A stretch of DNA of 64,000 nt from a virus. Location of the stretch: positions 1-64,000 of IMG/VR virus record IMGVR_UViG_3300007513_000984; one strand, written 5' to 3'. The notes beneath the pieces were generated by a model. It was given only the letters and a program-made list of their open reading frames with translations, was not told the origin of the DNA and searched no databases. A program made the position numbers and the translations under genes. Of the stretch, positions 1-9,482 are shown in pieces; position 1 is the first letter of the stretch; each line of letters starts with the position of its first letter.

Positions 1-1554
1 GTAAATGAGAAAATTCACTACAGTGGAAATTGGATGGAAAGTAATGATGATTTGCCATTTTTTACTCCGCACTATGCTAAGTTTCAATTAGTATTCACTG
101 AGATAAGTAAATCTTATACTGCTACAAACTTTGCAGTTGGTGACTTTGATGGTGATGGTGTTCAAGATATAATAATTGTAACTAATCCTAAACAACCTGG
201 TGTTTCATGGGAATTCGTTGGACCTGGTTGCGATACTTCGGTAGGAGCCTGTTATTCAAAGCAAGGTTCAATTAGTATGTTTTTCATTGACAAAACACCA
301 GCAAAACTGAGAGACGGAGTATACACGGATGCGATGTACCATGCAATTGATGTATCTGGTTTACTCGCAACTGATAATCCTATAGAGATGGATGGAATAG
401 CCACAACTGACACACACGTTGCTGACTTTAATGGTGATGGTAAGTTAGATATATTTGCTACTGACACAGGAACTGTTGATGGTAGTTTTGCAGGTAAGAA
501 TGACCTATACTTTTTATCAAACGAAGGTCCAGGTTGGACAGAGTCCACCCCCACTCATATTACTGGATTTGGAGTTAAGAGAGGATGGGGTTTAATTAAC
601 TTTTCTCACGGCTCAACAATTGGTGATATAGATGGTGACGGTGATATTGATATTGTCGTAACGAGTGTTGACTGGCATCATTCTAAACGTGGTGAAATAT
701 TATGTTACATCAATAATGGTTCTGGTCACATGAAAGTTCGTAAATGTGGTACTCAATGGGGTAAAACTGCCGCACTTGGTGATATGGATGGTGACGGTGA
801 TTTAGACCTAGTATGGGGTTCAGAGACCATGCCTTCAATTAAAATGTGGAACAGATATGATGTCGTGTCAGGTTGTGATAGAGGAAAATCAACTAAGAAA
901 TGTACTGGTGCATTCAATGGTATTCTGTTAAATGATGGTAAGGGCAATTTCAAAGAACGTTATGTTGAATTTGAAGATGCTAAGAGTAGTACAGGTTTTT
1001 ATTATTACTCAGTTCCATCAGCAAGAGTTTCTGACTTAGATGGTGACGGTGACTTAGATGTTGTAAGAATGCACGTTGGTCATGTTTATGCCGGTGCAGG
1101 TATGACTATCGAAGAAAATCTAGGTAACGGAAAATTCAAAACTGCTTATAGTTTAGAGTTTTGTAAGACACCGACATCTAAAGACAGATGGCCAACACAA
1201 GAAGGAAACTTACTCAACTGTTGGGCTAGTGACTTTAAGTTTGGCGATTTCAATAAAGATGGACTAGTTGATATTTACATAGATGGTCATAATGCTAACA
1301 AAAGTGAAGTTGTGAAAGATGGAGCAATTCTTCTTAGTAACGGTAAGTTTAATTATGATATTAAGTTGCCATCACCAGTTAGACATCCTGGCGGTTATGA
1401 TACTATTTCAGAAGACTATCCATTGTCTGAGTTGAAAATTCTTAAGAAGAATTATGCGGCCAAGATGGCATCTTCTAAAACACAAACTCAGGAAGAAGTA
1501 GAAGCCGAGATTGCGGCTTTTGAAGCCGAGTTAGATGCAATGATAGTTAAGTAA
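1..1554 (+). CDS. FG-GAP/VCBS-repeat beta-propeller protein (probably 5'-truncated by the window edge)
   Basis: Repeated D(F/I/M/L)(D/N)GDG Ca-binding motifs (GDFDGDG, ADFNGDG, GDIDGDG, GDMDGDG, SDLDGDG, plus GDFNKDG). The frame is open from base 1 to the ATG at 34. Confidence 0.8.
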   Translation, partial: VNEKIHYSGNWMESNDDLPFFTPHYAKFQLVFTEISKSYTATNFAVGDFDGDGVQDIIIVTNPKQPGVSWEFVGPGCDTSVGACYSKQGSISMFFIDKTPAKLRDGVYTDAMYHAIDVSGLLATDNPIEMDGIATTDTHVADFNGDGKLDIFATDTGTVDGSFAGKNDLYFLSNEGPGWTESTPTHITGFGVKRGWGLINFSHGSTIGDIDGDGDIDIVVTSVDWHHSKRGEILCYINNGSGHMKVRKCGTQWGKTAALGDMDGDGDLDLVWGSETMPSIKMWNRYDVVSGCDRGKSTKKCTGAFNGILLNDGKGNFKERYVEFEDAKSSTGFYYYSVPSARVSDLDGDGDLDVVRMHVGHVYAGAGMTIEENLGNGKFKTAYSLEFCKTPTSKDRWPTQEGNLLNCWASDFKFGDFNKDGLVDIYIDGHNANKSEVVKDGAILLSNGKFNYDIKLPSPVRHPGGYDTISEDYPLSELKILKKNYAAKMASSKTQTQEEVEAEIAAFEAELDAMIVK

Positions 1555-1574
1555 TAGTTTCTAACTGTTAAATT

Positions 1575-1599
1575 AAAGCCCTCTTTATGAGGGCTTTTT
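1575..1599. terminator. Probable bidirectional intrinsic terminator
   Basis: AAAGCCCTC-tttat-GAGGGCTTT hairpin with a T-run, between two convergent genes. Confidence 0.8.
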
Positions 1600-2369
1600 T
1601 ATTGGTACCAATTAATTGTTTTTGGATATAGTATGTTGTCTACTAGATATTTGTTACCTTCTCTACTCCAGTGTCTATCTGTCTGACTTACATAAAACTC
1701 TTGTTTATCACTTTTTGAGTATTCATCGTGTATTATAAATTTTTCATCTTCTAACTTTTTAATCTCGTTCATTTCTTCATCTGATACACGTTCATGTGTT
1801 GTATAAAAAGACATAACATTAAAGTTGTGAAGTTGACTAAGAGTTTTAAGATGTTGCATAGTATGATTAACTTTTACAATAGTTTGAAATTCTTGAACTG
1901 CAACTAATTTATTTAAACTCTTAGCAAGAAATATTTCATCACCTACTGTGTTTTCTGGCTTTGGAACATTTTCTTTACCAGGTATATAATTATATGTGTG
2001 TTCCTCGTCTATCCAATATTGTACTCTTGCCTTAGATGTTATTCCAAAATAGACTGAATGTATCTTATCACTATACGAGTTACACCATTGTTGTAGAACT
2101 AACAATGAAGAATCAAGACTACCACCTGGTATTCCAATATTAAATATACCATATTCGTCAGACTTTTCTAATTTAGTTCCAAATTGAGAAGACATAGTAT
2201 CGTTGGCGTTAATGCCAGAACCATACACAAAACTGTCTCCTACAAACACTATATGCTTCTTTTGTAGTTCTTCTTTGTTTAATATACTACGAAGTTCAAG
2301 TGGTGTTGGAAAGAATTTGTAGTGGTCTATCAAATCTTGTGCTTTTGCTACTGAACTGTACTTTTTCAT
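1599..2369 (-). CDS. SGNH/GDSL-like hydrolase (putative carbohydrate esterase or acyltransferase)
   Basis: Block I VFVGDSF, block II NIGIPGGS, C-terminal DRHWSREGN. Confidence 0.65.
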   Translation of the reverse strand: MKKYSSVAKAQDLIDHYKFFPTPLELRSILNKEELQKKHIVFVGDSFVYGSGINANDTMSSQFGTKLEKSDEYGIFNIGIPGGSLDSSLLVLQQWCNSYSDKIHSVYFGITSKARVQYWIDEEHTYNYIPGKENVPKPENTVGDEIFLAKSLNKLVAVQEFQTIVKVNHTMQHLKTLSQLHNFNVMSFYTTHERVSDEEMNEIKKLEDEKFIIHDEYSKSDKQEFYVSQTDRHWSREGNKYLVDNILYPKTINWYQ

Positions 2370-2374
2370 ACATG

Positions 2375-2391
2375 TATTTATATGATAAATA
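2375..2391. promoter_or_regulatory. Back-to-back divergent late-promoter motifs (ATAAATA on both strands)
   Basis: TATTTAT at 2375-2381 and ATAAATA at 2385-2391, matching the T4 late consensus TATAAATA core that recurs upstream of structural genes here. Confidence 0.55.
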
Positions 2392-2427
2392 TAATTATAT
2401 ACAGAGTTAATAAAAGGTAGATATTAT

Positions 2428-2808
2428 ATGCATATTCGTAAACTTGACCCAGAAATCAATCCAATCACACTAAAAGATGGTAGAGGTGGAATATTCACAT
2501 ACTATCCAGAACAAGGTGACCCGATTGTAGAATGGAGTTATATTGTAACACTCAAAGGTTCACAACGTGGACATCACTATCATAAAGAGTTTGATGAATA
2601 CATTATGTTTGTAGATGGCAACGGTGTATACTTAGAGTTACAAGACGATGGCTCTGAGATACCAACGGCTGTTTCTTCGGGTGATTGTGTTTACTTACCA
2701 AAGAATGTTGCACATACATTTATTCCAATGTCAGATTGTAAGATGATTGCTATGATAACAAAGAAGTGGAATGATTGTGACGAACCTATCACTAGAGCAG
2801 GCGAGTAA
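2428..2808 (+). CDS. Cupin sugar isomerase/epimerase (FdtA/WxcM or RmlC-like)
   Basis: RGHHYHK...E cupin motif 1 and PKNVAHTF motif 2; NDP-sugar gene context. Confidence 0.7.
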   Translation: MHIRKLDPEINPITLKDGRGGIFTYYPEQGDPIVEWSYIVTLKGSQRGHHYHKEFDEYIMFVDGNGVYLELQDDGSEIPTAVSSGDCVYLPKNVAHTFIPMSDCKMIAMITKKWNDCDEPITRAGE

Positions 2809-4010
2809 TGATAATTAACATAAGAGATACCTGTAGAGTTTGCGACAGTAAACTTAAACCAGTTGTTGACTTTGGTGAAATATGTATTAACGATTTCCCT
2901 CAATCTAGTCAAGACCCTACTTCATCTGCACCAATGGTGTTAGACCAGTGTGAGAAGTGTGACTTAGTTCAACTTCGTCATACTGTTGACCCAAAAGTTT
3001 TATATGGCGAACACTACTGGTATGAAAGTGGATTAAATCCAAAACTAAAGAACAATCTAATTGACATAGCAAATATTATTAACGAACATACTGATGCTAA
3101 CGATACAGTATTAGACATTGGAGCAAACGATGGCTCTTTGTTAGAGGGAGTATCAGACGATAGAGTTAGAGTTGGTTGTGAACCAGCACCGAACTTATGG
3201 AACAAGTTAAAAGACAATTGTGATATAATGATTCCAGAAATGTGGGACCATAAATATCTTGACCAATATATCTGCACTCATCCGTCAACAGAATATATAA
3301 ACAACAAAGCAAAGGCAATCACCGCTATTGGTATGTTTTATGATATGGATAATCCAAATGATTTCATATCAAGTGTGAAAGAAGCATTAACTCACGATGG
3401 CATTTTTATTGCACAGTTAATGACACTTGCACCTATGTTAAGAATGAGAGATTTAGGCAATGTATGTCACGAACATTTAGAATATTATTCATATGCAAGT
3501 CTTGTAGAATTGTATGAACGAAACGGATTAGAGATATATCACGTTGAAGAAAATGACATACAAGGTGGAAGTTATCAATTGTGGGCAAGACATTTAGACG
3601 GTGGTAGTATTTCATATGATGAAGATATATCAACACTGAAAGATTTCTTCTCAGAGATTGAACACAATGGCAAAGTTCTAAGAGATACACTTGAAACATA
3701 TAACGACAAGAACTGTTATGTATATGGTGCAAGTACAAAAGGCAACACAATGTTACAACTATGGAAATTAGGAAAATACTTTAAGGGTGCGGCAGAAATT
3801 CATCCAGATAAAGTAGGCAGAGTTACAGTTGGAACTAATATTCCAATCGTACACGAAGATGATGCGAAACAAGATGCTGACTTATTCTTTGTTCCTAACT
3901 TTGGATTCAAAGACATGTTTGTAGAAAAAGAAAAAGAATGGATAGATAATGGAGGCACAATGGTATTCGCTATGCCTGATGTAGAAATTATAAGAGGTAA
4001 TAACAAATGA
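2808..4010 (+). CDS. NDP-hexose C-methyltransferase (TylCIII/TcaB9 family)
   Basis: N-terminal Zn site CRVC...CEKC, SAM motif VLDIGANDG, HEHLEYY and YGASTKGNT. Confidence 0.88.
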   Translation: MIINIRDTCRVCDSKLKPVVDFGEICINDFPQSSQDPTSSAPMVLDQCEKCDLVQLRHTVDPKVLYGEHYWYESGLNPKLKNNLIDIANIINEHTDANDTVLDIGANDGSLLEGVSDDRVRVGCEPAPNLWNKLKDNCDIMIPEMWDHKYLDQYICTHPSTEYINNKAKAITAIGMFYDMDNPNDFISSVKEALTHDGIFIAQLMTLAPMLRMRDLGNVCHEHLEYYSYASLVELYERNGLEIYHVEENDIQGGSYQLWARHLDGGSISYDEDISTLKDFFSEIEHNGKVLRDTLETYNDKNCYVYGASTKGNTMLQLWKLGKYFKGAAEIHPDKVGRVTVGTNIPIVHEDDAKQDADLFFVPNFGFKDMFVEKEKEWIDNGGTMVFAMPDVEIIRGNNK

Positions 4011-4921
4011 AAATAGCAATAACAGGTGGTGCAGGATATGTTGGATGTAGACTTAGTGAACACTTTCTAAAACAAGGTCACGAAGTTATATGTATTGATT
4101 GGATGCGATGGGGAGTTACTCCGATATTGAATATCATAGACCATCCCAACTTTCATCTTCACGTCATGGACATTCGCAACAAAGAAGTTGAGGCTGTAAT
4201 AAAATCAGCAGATGCAGTTATTCATCTAGCAGGCATTGTTGGTTATCCAGCGTGTGATGCCGAGCCAATACTAGCACACTCTATCAATGTTGAAGCAACG
4301 AAACGAGTCATAGATGCAACTGGTGATAAACCATTTGTGTATGCAAGTACAGGCAGTGTATATGGCGCCCTTAATAGTACTTGTACAGAAGACTCAGAAA
4401 CAAATCCAATCAGCAAGTATGCAGAATATAAATTACTGGGTGAAGAATACTCAGGAGACAATTCAGTTATTCTTAGACCAGCAACTGCGTTCGGTGTCAG
4501 TAATAGATTACGAAATGATTTACTCATCAATGACTTTGTTAATCAAGCAGTTAATGTGGGAGAACTAGTATTGTTTGAAGGTCACTTCAAAAGAACATTT
4601 CTAAGTATCAACGATTTAGTTCGAGGCTTTGCTATGGGCATAGAGAAGTATGACGAGATGAAAGGTGAAGTTTGGAACGTTGGTGATGAAACTCTTAATC
4701 ATACAAAGTTAGACATAGCAACTACTATTCAAAAATATATTGACTATGACCTTGAAGTGAACACAACATTAGAACATGATAAGGATGGAAGAAATTACTT
4801 TGTTGATTATTCTAAGATAAAAGAACGTACAGGATTTGTAGCAACAGAAACACTTGACTCTGGTATATTAAATCTTGTTACACTCTATAAGGCCAGTTCT
4901 CACAATCTTACATATAGATAG
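4007..4921 (+). CDS. NAD-dependent sugar epimerase/dehydratase (extended SDR)
   Basis: TGGAGYVG, HLAGIVG, ASTGSVYG and YxxxK (YAEYK). Confidence 0.88.
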   Translation: MKIAITGGAGYVGCRLSEHFLKQGHEVICIDWMRWGVTPILNIIDHPNFHLHVMDIRNKEVEAVIKSADAVIHLAGIVGYPACDAEPILAHSINVEATKRVIDATGDKPFVYASTGSVYGALNSTCTEDSETNPISKYAEYKLLGEEYSGDNSVILRPATAFGVSNRLRNDLLINDFVNQAVNVGELVLFEGHFKRTFLSINDLVRGFAMGIEKYDEMKGEVWNVGDETLNHTKLDIATTIQKYIDYDLEVNTTLEHDKDGRNYFVDYSKIKERTGFVATETLDSGILNLVTLYKASSHNLTYR

Positions 4922-5953
4922 TACATCTAATCTAGTCAAGTCTGCTTGCCCTGGTAAATGTAATCCCATTTTTGCTATGTAATCAGTATTAGGAGTTGGA
5001 GTTTTCCATTGACTATGAAATGGTTGGTCACATAAACTATAATATACTGCTCTGCATCCTATTCCATTTTCTCTAAGATAATTTGCTAATGCATCTCTGT
5101 TGTCAACTAATATTTCTGGATAAGTTGGCGTTGTATAAAGTAAATCAGTAGAAACAAAATCACAAACATCGTGTAAACCCTCAGTGTACGCATCATAGAT
5201 ATCTTTCTTATGTTCAACAATACTAGGCAACTTTTTCATTTGTGCAACACCGAATGCGGCTTGAATGTCTGTAAACTTAAAGTTCATACCCATTACATTG
5301 TAGACCTCACCCACAGCAACCGTTCTACCAAAGTTCTTTATGGTATGAATTTTCTTACTCAGTTCTTCATCATTGGTGATAATACAACCACCTTGTCCTG
5401 TTGTGATAATCTTCGGAGCACCAAAACTGAATATTCCAAGATGACCCATTGTACCAATATGATTTTCTTTATGCCAACTTCCTAATGCTTGGGCACTATC
5501 TTCAATTACAAATCTTCCTTCACTACGCAACTTTGCTATATGTAACCATGCATCATCTGGATATCTTCCATTGATACTTGTAACAAACACAACACGACAA
5601 TCATCGGGTATACTTTCAAAGTCAATAGTATAAGAAGACTGGTCAACGTCAACTATAACTGGTGTTGCTCCCATTAGAATAGCACCATTAGCCGTAGCGG
5701 CCTGTGTATAGGCACTTACAGCAAATCTTTCATTAGGTTTTATATCAGCAACCATCGAAGCAATTAAAAGTCCAGTTGTAGCACTTGTTACCATGTGTGC
5801 ATATTTGGCGCCAGTGTAATCACATATCATTTGTTCCATCTCTCTGGTTTTGGTGTGTTCCATTATCCACCCACCAGAGGTGATATACTCTGTTACACTT
5901 TCTATTTCTTCTTCCCCATATACTGGGTTCATATGGCTGTTAGGCGTTATCAT
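4868..5953 (-). CDS. DegT/DnrJ/EryC1/StrS PLP-dependent sugar aminotransferase (perosamine synthase-like)
   Basis: SATTGL, IEDSAQALG, FSFGAPKIITTGQGG (Schiff-base Lys) and GMNFKFTDIQAA. Confidence 0.9.
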   Translation of the reverse strand: MITPNSHMNPVYGEEEIESVTEYITSGGWIMEHTKTREMEQMICDYTGAKYAHMVTSATTGLLIASMVADIKPNERFAVSAYTQAATANGAILMGATPVIVDVDQSSYTIDFESIPDDCRVVFVTSINGRYPDDAWLHIAKLRSEGRFVIEDSAQALGSWHKENHIGTMGHLGIFSFGAPKIITTGQGGCIITNDEELSKKIHTIKNFGRTVAVGEVYNVMGMNFKFTDIQAAFGVAQMKKLPSIVEHKKDIYDAYTEGLHDVCDFVSTDLLYTTPTYPEILVDNRDALANYLRENGIGCRAVYYSLCDQPFHSQWKTPTPNTDYIAKMGLHLPGQADLTRLDVLSICKIVRTGLIECNKI

Positions 5954-6848
5954 AATACCATCCGTATGTTTCTGTTAGTGCTTCTTCTAATGTATATTTT
6001 GGTGTCCATCCTAGTTCTTTCAACCTTGAATTATCAATTGCTCTGTTTTTAATTCCTTCTGGTCTATCAGTGTTATACCACAATCTACCTTTGAATCCAC
6101 TTATTGTTTTTAATGTTTCTGCTAAAGTTCTAATAGAAGTTTCAACTCCACTAGCAACGTTAACTGTATCATATTTATTGTTGTTTAGAATTATATCCAT
6201 TGCACTTATGGCATCCTTGATATAAATCAAATCTCTACTTTGATTACCGCTTCCCCATATTTCAATCTCAGTGTGGTCTTCTTTAACTGCTGTAACAAAC
6301 TTTTGCATTAACGCACCAATTACGTGTGCGTGTTCTCCTGTTCTATCATTTGGTCCAAACATATTAGAGTTTATTGCAGTACGCCAATGTGTTCCTGCCT
6401 TTTCATTCTTTGCTCTACACTGATACATGCCCATTAACTTTGGCATTGCTGTTGGTAAATATGTCTTGTGTGGTTCACCTTCCATTAGTTGGTCTTCATT
6501 ATATGGTTGACTTCCCTCTGCTGGATAACTACAAGTGCTTCCTTGTAACAGCACTCTATCTATACCAAACTCAGAACACACATCAAATATATTATTCTGA
6601 ATAGTCAAATTCTTTATCATCAGTTCATAACTTTTATCTAAGTCTTCTTGTAGACCACCAACTGTGGCCGCATTGATGATTACGTGTGTTGGCAATCCAT
6701 ATGTTCTTCCTAATCTCATAAATTCTCTGATTGTACTAGTCAGGTCACTATAGTTAACTGTGTCTGTATTGCCACCTAGAGAATTACTAATTACATTACT
6801 GTAATGTGTTCCTACTAATCCTCTATTTCCTGCTATATAATATTTCAT
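5940..6848 (-). CDS. fcl: GDP-L-fucose synthase family epimerase/reductase with an atypical active site
   Basis: GNRGLVG, AATVGG, GSTCSYP, HVIGALM, IWGSG..SRDLIY. The YxxxK Tyr is replaced by Thr (PTAMPK). Confidence 0.8.
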   Translation of the reverse strand: MKYYIAGNRGLVGTHYSNVISNSLGGNTDTVNYSDLTSTIREFMRLGRTYGLPTHVIINAATVGGLQEDLDKSYELMIKNLTIQNNIFDVCSEFGIDRVLLQGSTCSYPAEGSQPYNEDQLMEGEPHKTYLPTAMPKLMGMYQCRAKNEKAGTHWRTAINSNMFGPNDRTGEHAHVIGALMQKFVTAVKEDHTEIEIWGSGNQSRDLIYIKDAISAMDIILNNNKYDTVNVASGVETSIRTLAETLKTISGFKGRLWYNTDRPEGIKNRAIDNSRLKELGWTPKYTLEEALTETYGWYYDNA

Positions 6849-7633
6849 TTATTAAACCTATTACTATTTGTTATTACAAAATAATCATATAATGAACGTT
6901 TCTGTGTTACTCCCCAATGACAAATCTTTTGATGCTCTCTCACTAATCTAAGTTCTTCTTTAAATCCTGGCATAGTATATGCAAATGGATACGGTTGCAT
7001 AACTGCCATACCATTTGGAGTAAGATACTTTCTTATATTTTCTATGAAAAATAAAAGTTCTTCAGTGTTATATGGAGAAAAGAATGAATGTGTTTCACCG
7101 TCTTTGTCCATAACCCAAAACTCATTTTCTAAAAGTCCTTTGTGATATCTTATTACTCTGTTTGAATTCCAAAGCATGTTTGTCTGTGTTGCTAAAATCA
7201 AATCATATTTTTTATTTAAAACAAATTCTTCTTTTGGTTTTACATGTAGGTCAATAGGTGCAACTCCCATTTCTTTCCACACAAGTTCTAGTTCATACAA
7301 ATGTTCACTTGCTTCTGTACTAGAGTTTGTACACTCTACATTAGTAAACCCATGCTCTTTAAGAAAATGTGGAATGAATCCGAATTGTGTACCCATATCA
7401 AGAATAGCAAGGTCTTTTGATGCGTCTGAAAGTTTTACATTCTCCATAATCTCTATATGATAATTCCAAAAATCTACATTTAGTTTCTCTTCAAAATTGC
7501 TTCTATGCATCTCTATTCTATTTGAACAGTTTGCTATATTTGGATAATTCTTAGAAAAATTAGTAAGATACTTTTCGAAAGACTCTTGTATATCTAATGA
7601 TAAAATTTTATAATATTTATTCGCTGATTTCAC
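6845..7633 (-). CDS. Class I SAM-dependent methyltransferase-like protein
   Basis: ILDMGTQFG motif I, KYDLIL motif, and LTPNG near the C-terminus. Confidence 0.6.
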   Translation of the reverse strand: MKSANKYYKILSLDIQESFEKYLTNFSKNYPNIANCSNRIEMHRSNFEEKLNVDFWNYHIEIMENVKLSDASKDLAILDMGTQFGFIPHFLKEHGFTNVECTNSSTEASEHLYELELVWKEMGVAPIDLHVKPKEEFVLNKKYDLILATQTNMLWNSNRVIRYHKGLLENEFWVMDKDGETHSFFSPYNTEELLFFIENIRKYLTPNGMAVMQPYPFAYTMPGFKEELRLVREHQKICHWGVTQKRSLYDYFVITNSNRFNK

Positions 7634-9482
7634 TTTCTCTCCATTTGTGTTGATGCTTATTATAAAACGGTATGTCTTCTTTAAATAACTCGGTAACTAT
7701 TTCTTCTTCTTTATCTGTTAACTTTATATGGTCTTTAAAATTCTCAATCATTGGCATACCCCAGAAATGTTTAATCAGATTCTCAAGTTTCTTTCCAATC
7801 AATAAAATATGTGGTTTGTTTTGTACATGATGACCAAATGTTGTCACTTGATATGCTATTTTATCTAAGTCTACTACACCCACTATTTTTAAGTCTTTAA
7901 CAAAATCACATTGTGATTTTCTATAACCCGAGTCTTTATATTTTTCTATCATTCCATCAAAAGTTAACGAAGTATTATATAATCTATGTTTGAAACGTTC
8001 AAGTGGACTTCTAATTGCCATGTAGGCATCTTTGGTTTCAATATCATTAATATCTTTGCGATTATGTAATTCATATCCTGTCTCAGGAGCAATCATTGTT
8101 TCAAAGTATTTAGAGTCGTTGCCTGGTATTGGCACAAATATACTATCGTCATCTTTATTATACCAAATTTTATCAATCAAGTCAACATGTTTGGCAACAA
8201 GGCTAACATCATCTGACTTACTTACAGACTTCAAAATTCTTTCACCTACTACTTGTGAATATACATCTTTGTAGTGAATGTAATTGTGTTCCAGTATTTC
8301 TTTCATTTCATCATTATATATCCAATTGTTGTGTCCATCTAATTTACAATTAAAGTTTTGTTGAATATCAAGTATAGTAGCACCTAAACTTTTAACTCTT
8401 TCATCACCAGAGCATCTATCATAATCTTCTGACCAGAATTTATCAAATGTTTTGAATCCTAATTTCTTTAAGTAATTCATATATCCCTTGTCACCCATAA
8501 CAACAAATGGTATTTTACTTAATATCGCTAATGATAGTTTTTCACTAATTTGTATGTCATCTTCAGTCGAGGTATATTCTGTAATGATTTCAAATTTTGA
8601 TTTTGCTCGATAGTTAAATAGTTCTGTTACTCTTGATATTTTACTAGAGCCTAACCATTTATCAATATCTTTGTCTTCCATTTCTAATTGTCTTCCATAA
8701 AGGTCATTAACAACTTTAAGAAAGTTACTTTTATTAATTTGATGGTCATCTACTCTTGTGGTTAACAAATCAACGAAATCTATATTATGAGATATGTCTT
8801 CTCCGATTTTCGAAGTTTTATAGTTGCCTATATACGAAAAATGCATATCATCTAAGTCTACATCACGTCTTAAACATTCTAACAATAACTTAGTTCTGTG
8901 TTCTCTTGTACGTCTGTTTAAATATATTGCTGACTTGGTTTCTACTAAATGATTGTGTGTTAGATGTTCGCAAGTGTCATACTTGAATCCTATATATCGA
9001 AGTGTACTTAGTGAAGCCGAAACAATATCTACATCACACTTAGACTTGTCTACGATTTTATATGGCGACTCGTACATTGTCCAGTATACTACATTTTTTG
9101 TACAATCTATATCTTTAAAATGTTGATTTATAATTCCATATATTGAAGTATCATCAGTTGATAATGGAGTAATCTCACTCCCAAAATCAAAAATTAATAA
9201 AGCCTTGCCTGATATTATCTCACTCATAACTTTATGATTTTTAATAGTATCTTCTACTAGTTCTTTCATAATTTCTGGATATGGTCGATTAATAACTACA
9301 TTCATCTGAGAGTCAAAGAACAACATGTCAGAGTTTACAATATAGTATTTGTCATATTGTTTGGGTCGTGGTATATGAGAGAAAATCAAATTGTATACAC
9401 GATTTACATAACGGTCGTTATTAGTTAGAAAGCATATTCTTTCATTTAGTTTCTTATCTGCTATTGCCTTATTATGAAACAC
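7617..9482 (-). CDS. Fusion of a putative glycosyltransferase (GT10-like 'SEK/TEK' domain) and a degenerate sulfotransferase-like C-terminal domain
   Basis: YLNRR..HR...EIITE...ISEKL...PFVVMG...GFKTFDKFWSEDYD; C-terminal FVPIPGNDS, AIRSPLERF and SQCDF resemble sulfotransferase PAPS-binding motifs. Confidence 0.45.
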   Translation of the reverse strand: MFHNKAIADKKLNERICFLTNNDRYVNRVYNLIFSHIPRPKQYDKYYIVNSDMLFFDSQMNVVINRPYPEIMKELVEDTIKNHKVMSEIISGKALLIFDFGSEITPLSTDDTSIYGIINQHFKDIDCTKNVVYWTMYESPYKIVDKSKCDVDIVSASLSTLRYIGFKYDTCEHLTHNHLVETKSAIYLNRRTREHRTKLLLECLRRDVDLDDMHFSYIGNYKTSKIGEDISHNIDFVDLLTTRVDDHQINKSNFLKVVNDLYGRQLEMEDKDIDKWLGSSKISRVTELFNYRAKSKFEIITEYTSTEDDIQISEKLSLAILSKIPFVVMGDKGYMNYLKKLGFKTFDKFWSEDYDRCSGDERVKSLGATILDIQQNFNCKLDGHNNWIYNDEMKEILEHNYIHYKDVYSQVVGERILKSVSKSDDVSLVAKHVDLIDKIWYNKDDDSIFVPIPGNDSKYFETMIAPETGYELHNRKDINDIETKDAYMAIRSPLERFKHRLYNTSLTFDGMIEKYKDSGYRKSQCDFVKDLKIVGVVDLDKIAYQVTTFGHHVQNKPHILLIGKKLENLIKHFWGMPMIENFKDHIKLTDKEEEIVTELFKEDIPFYNKHQHKWRESEISE

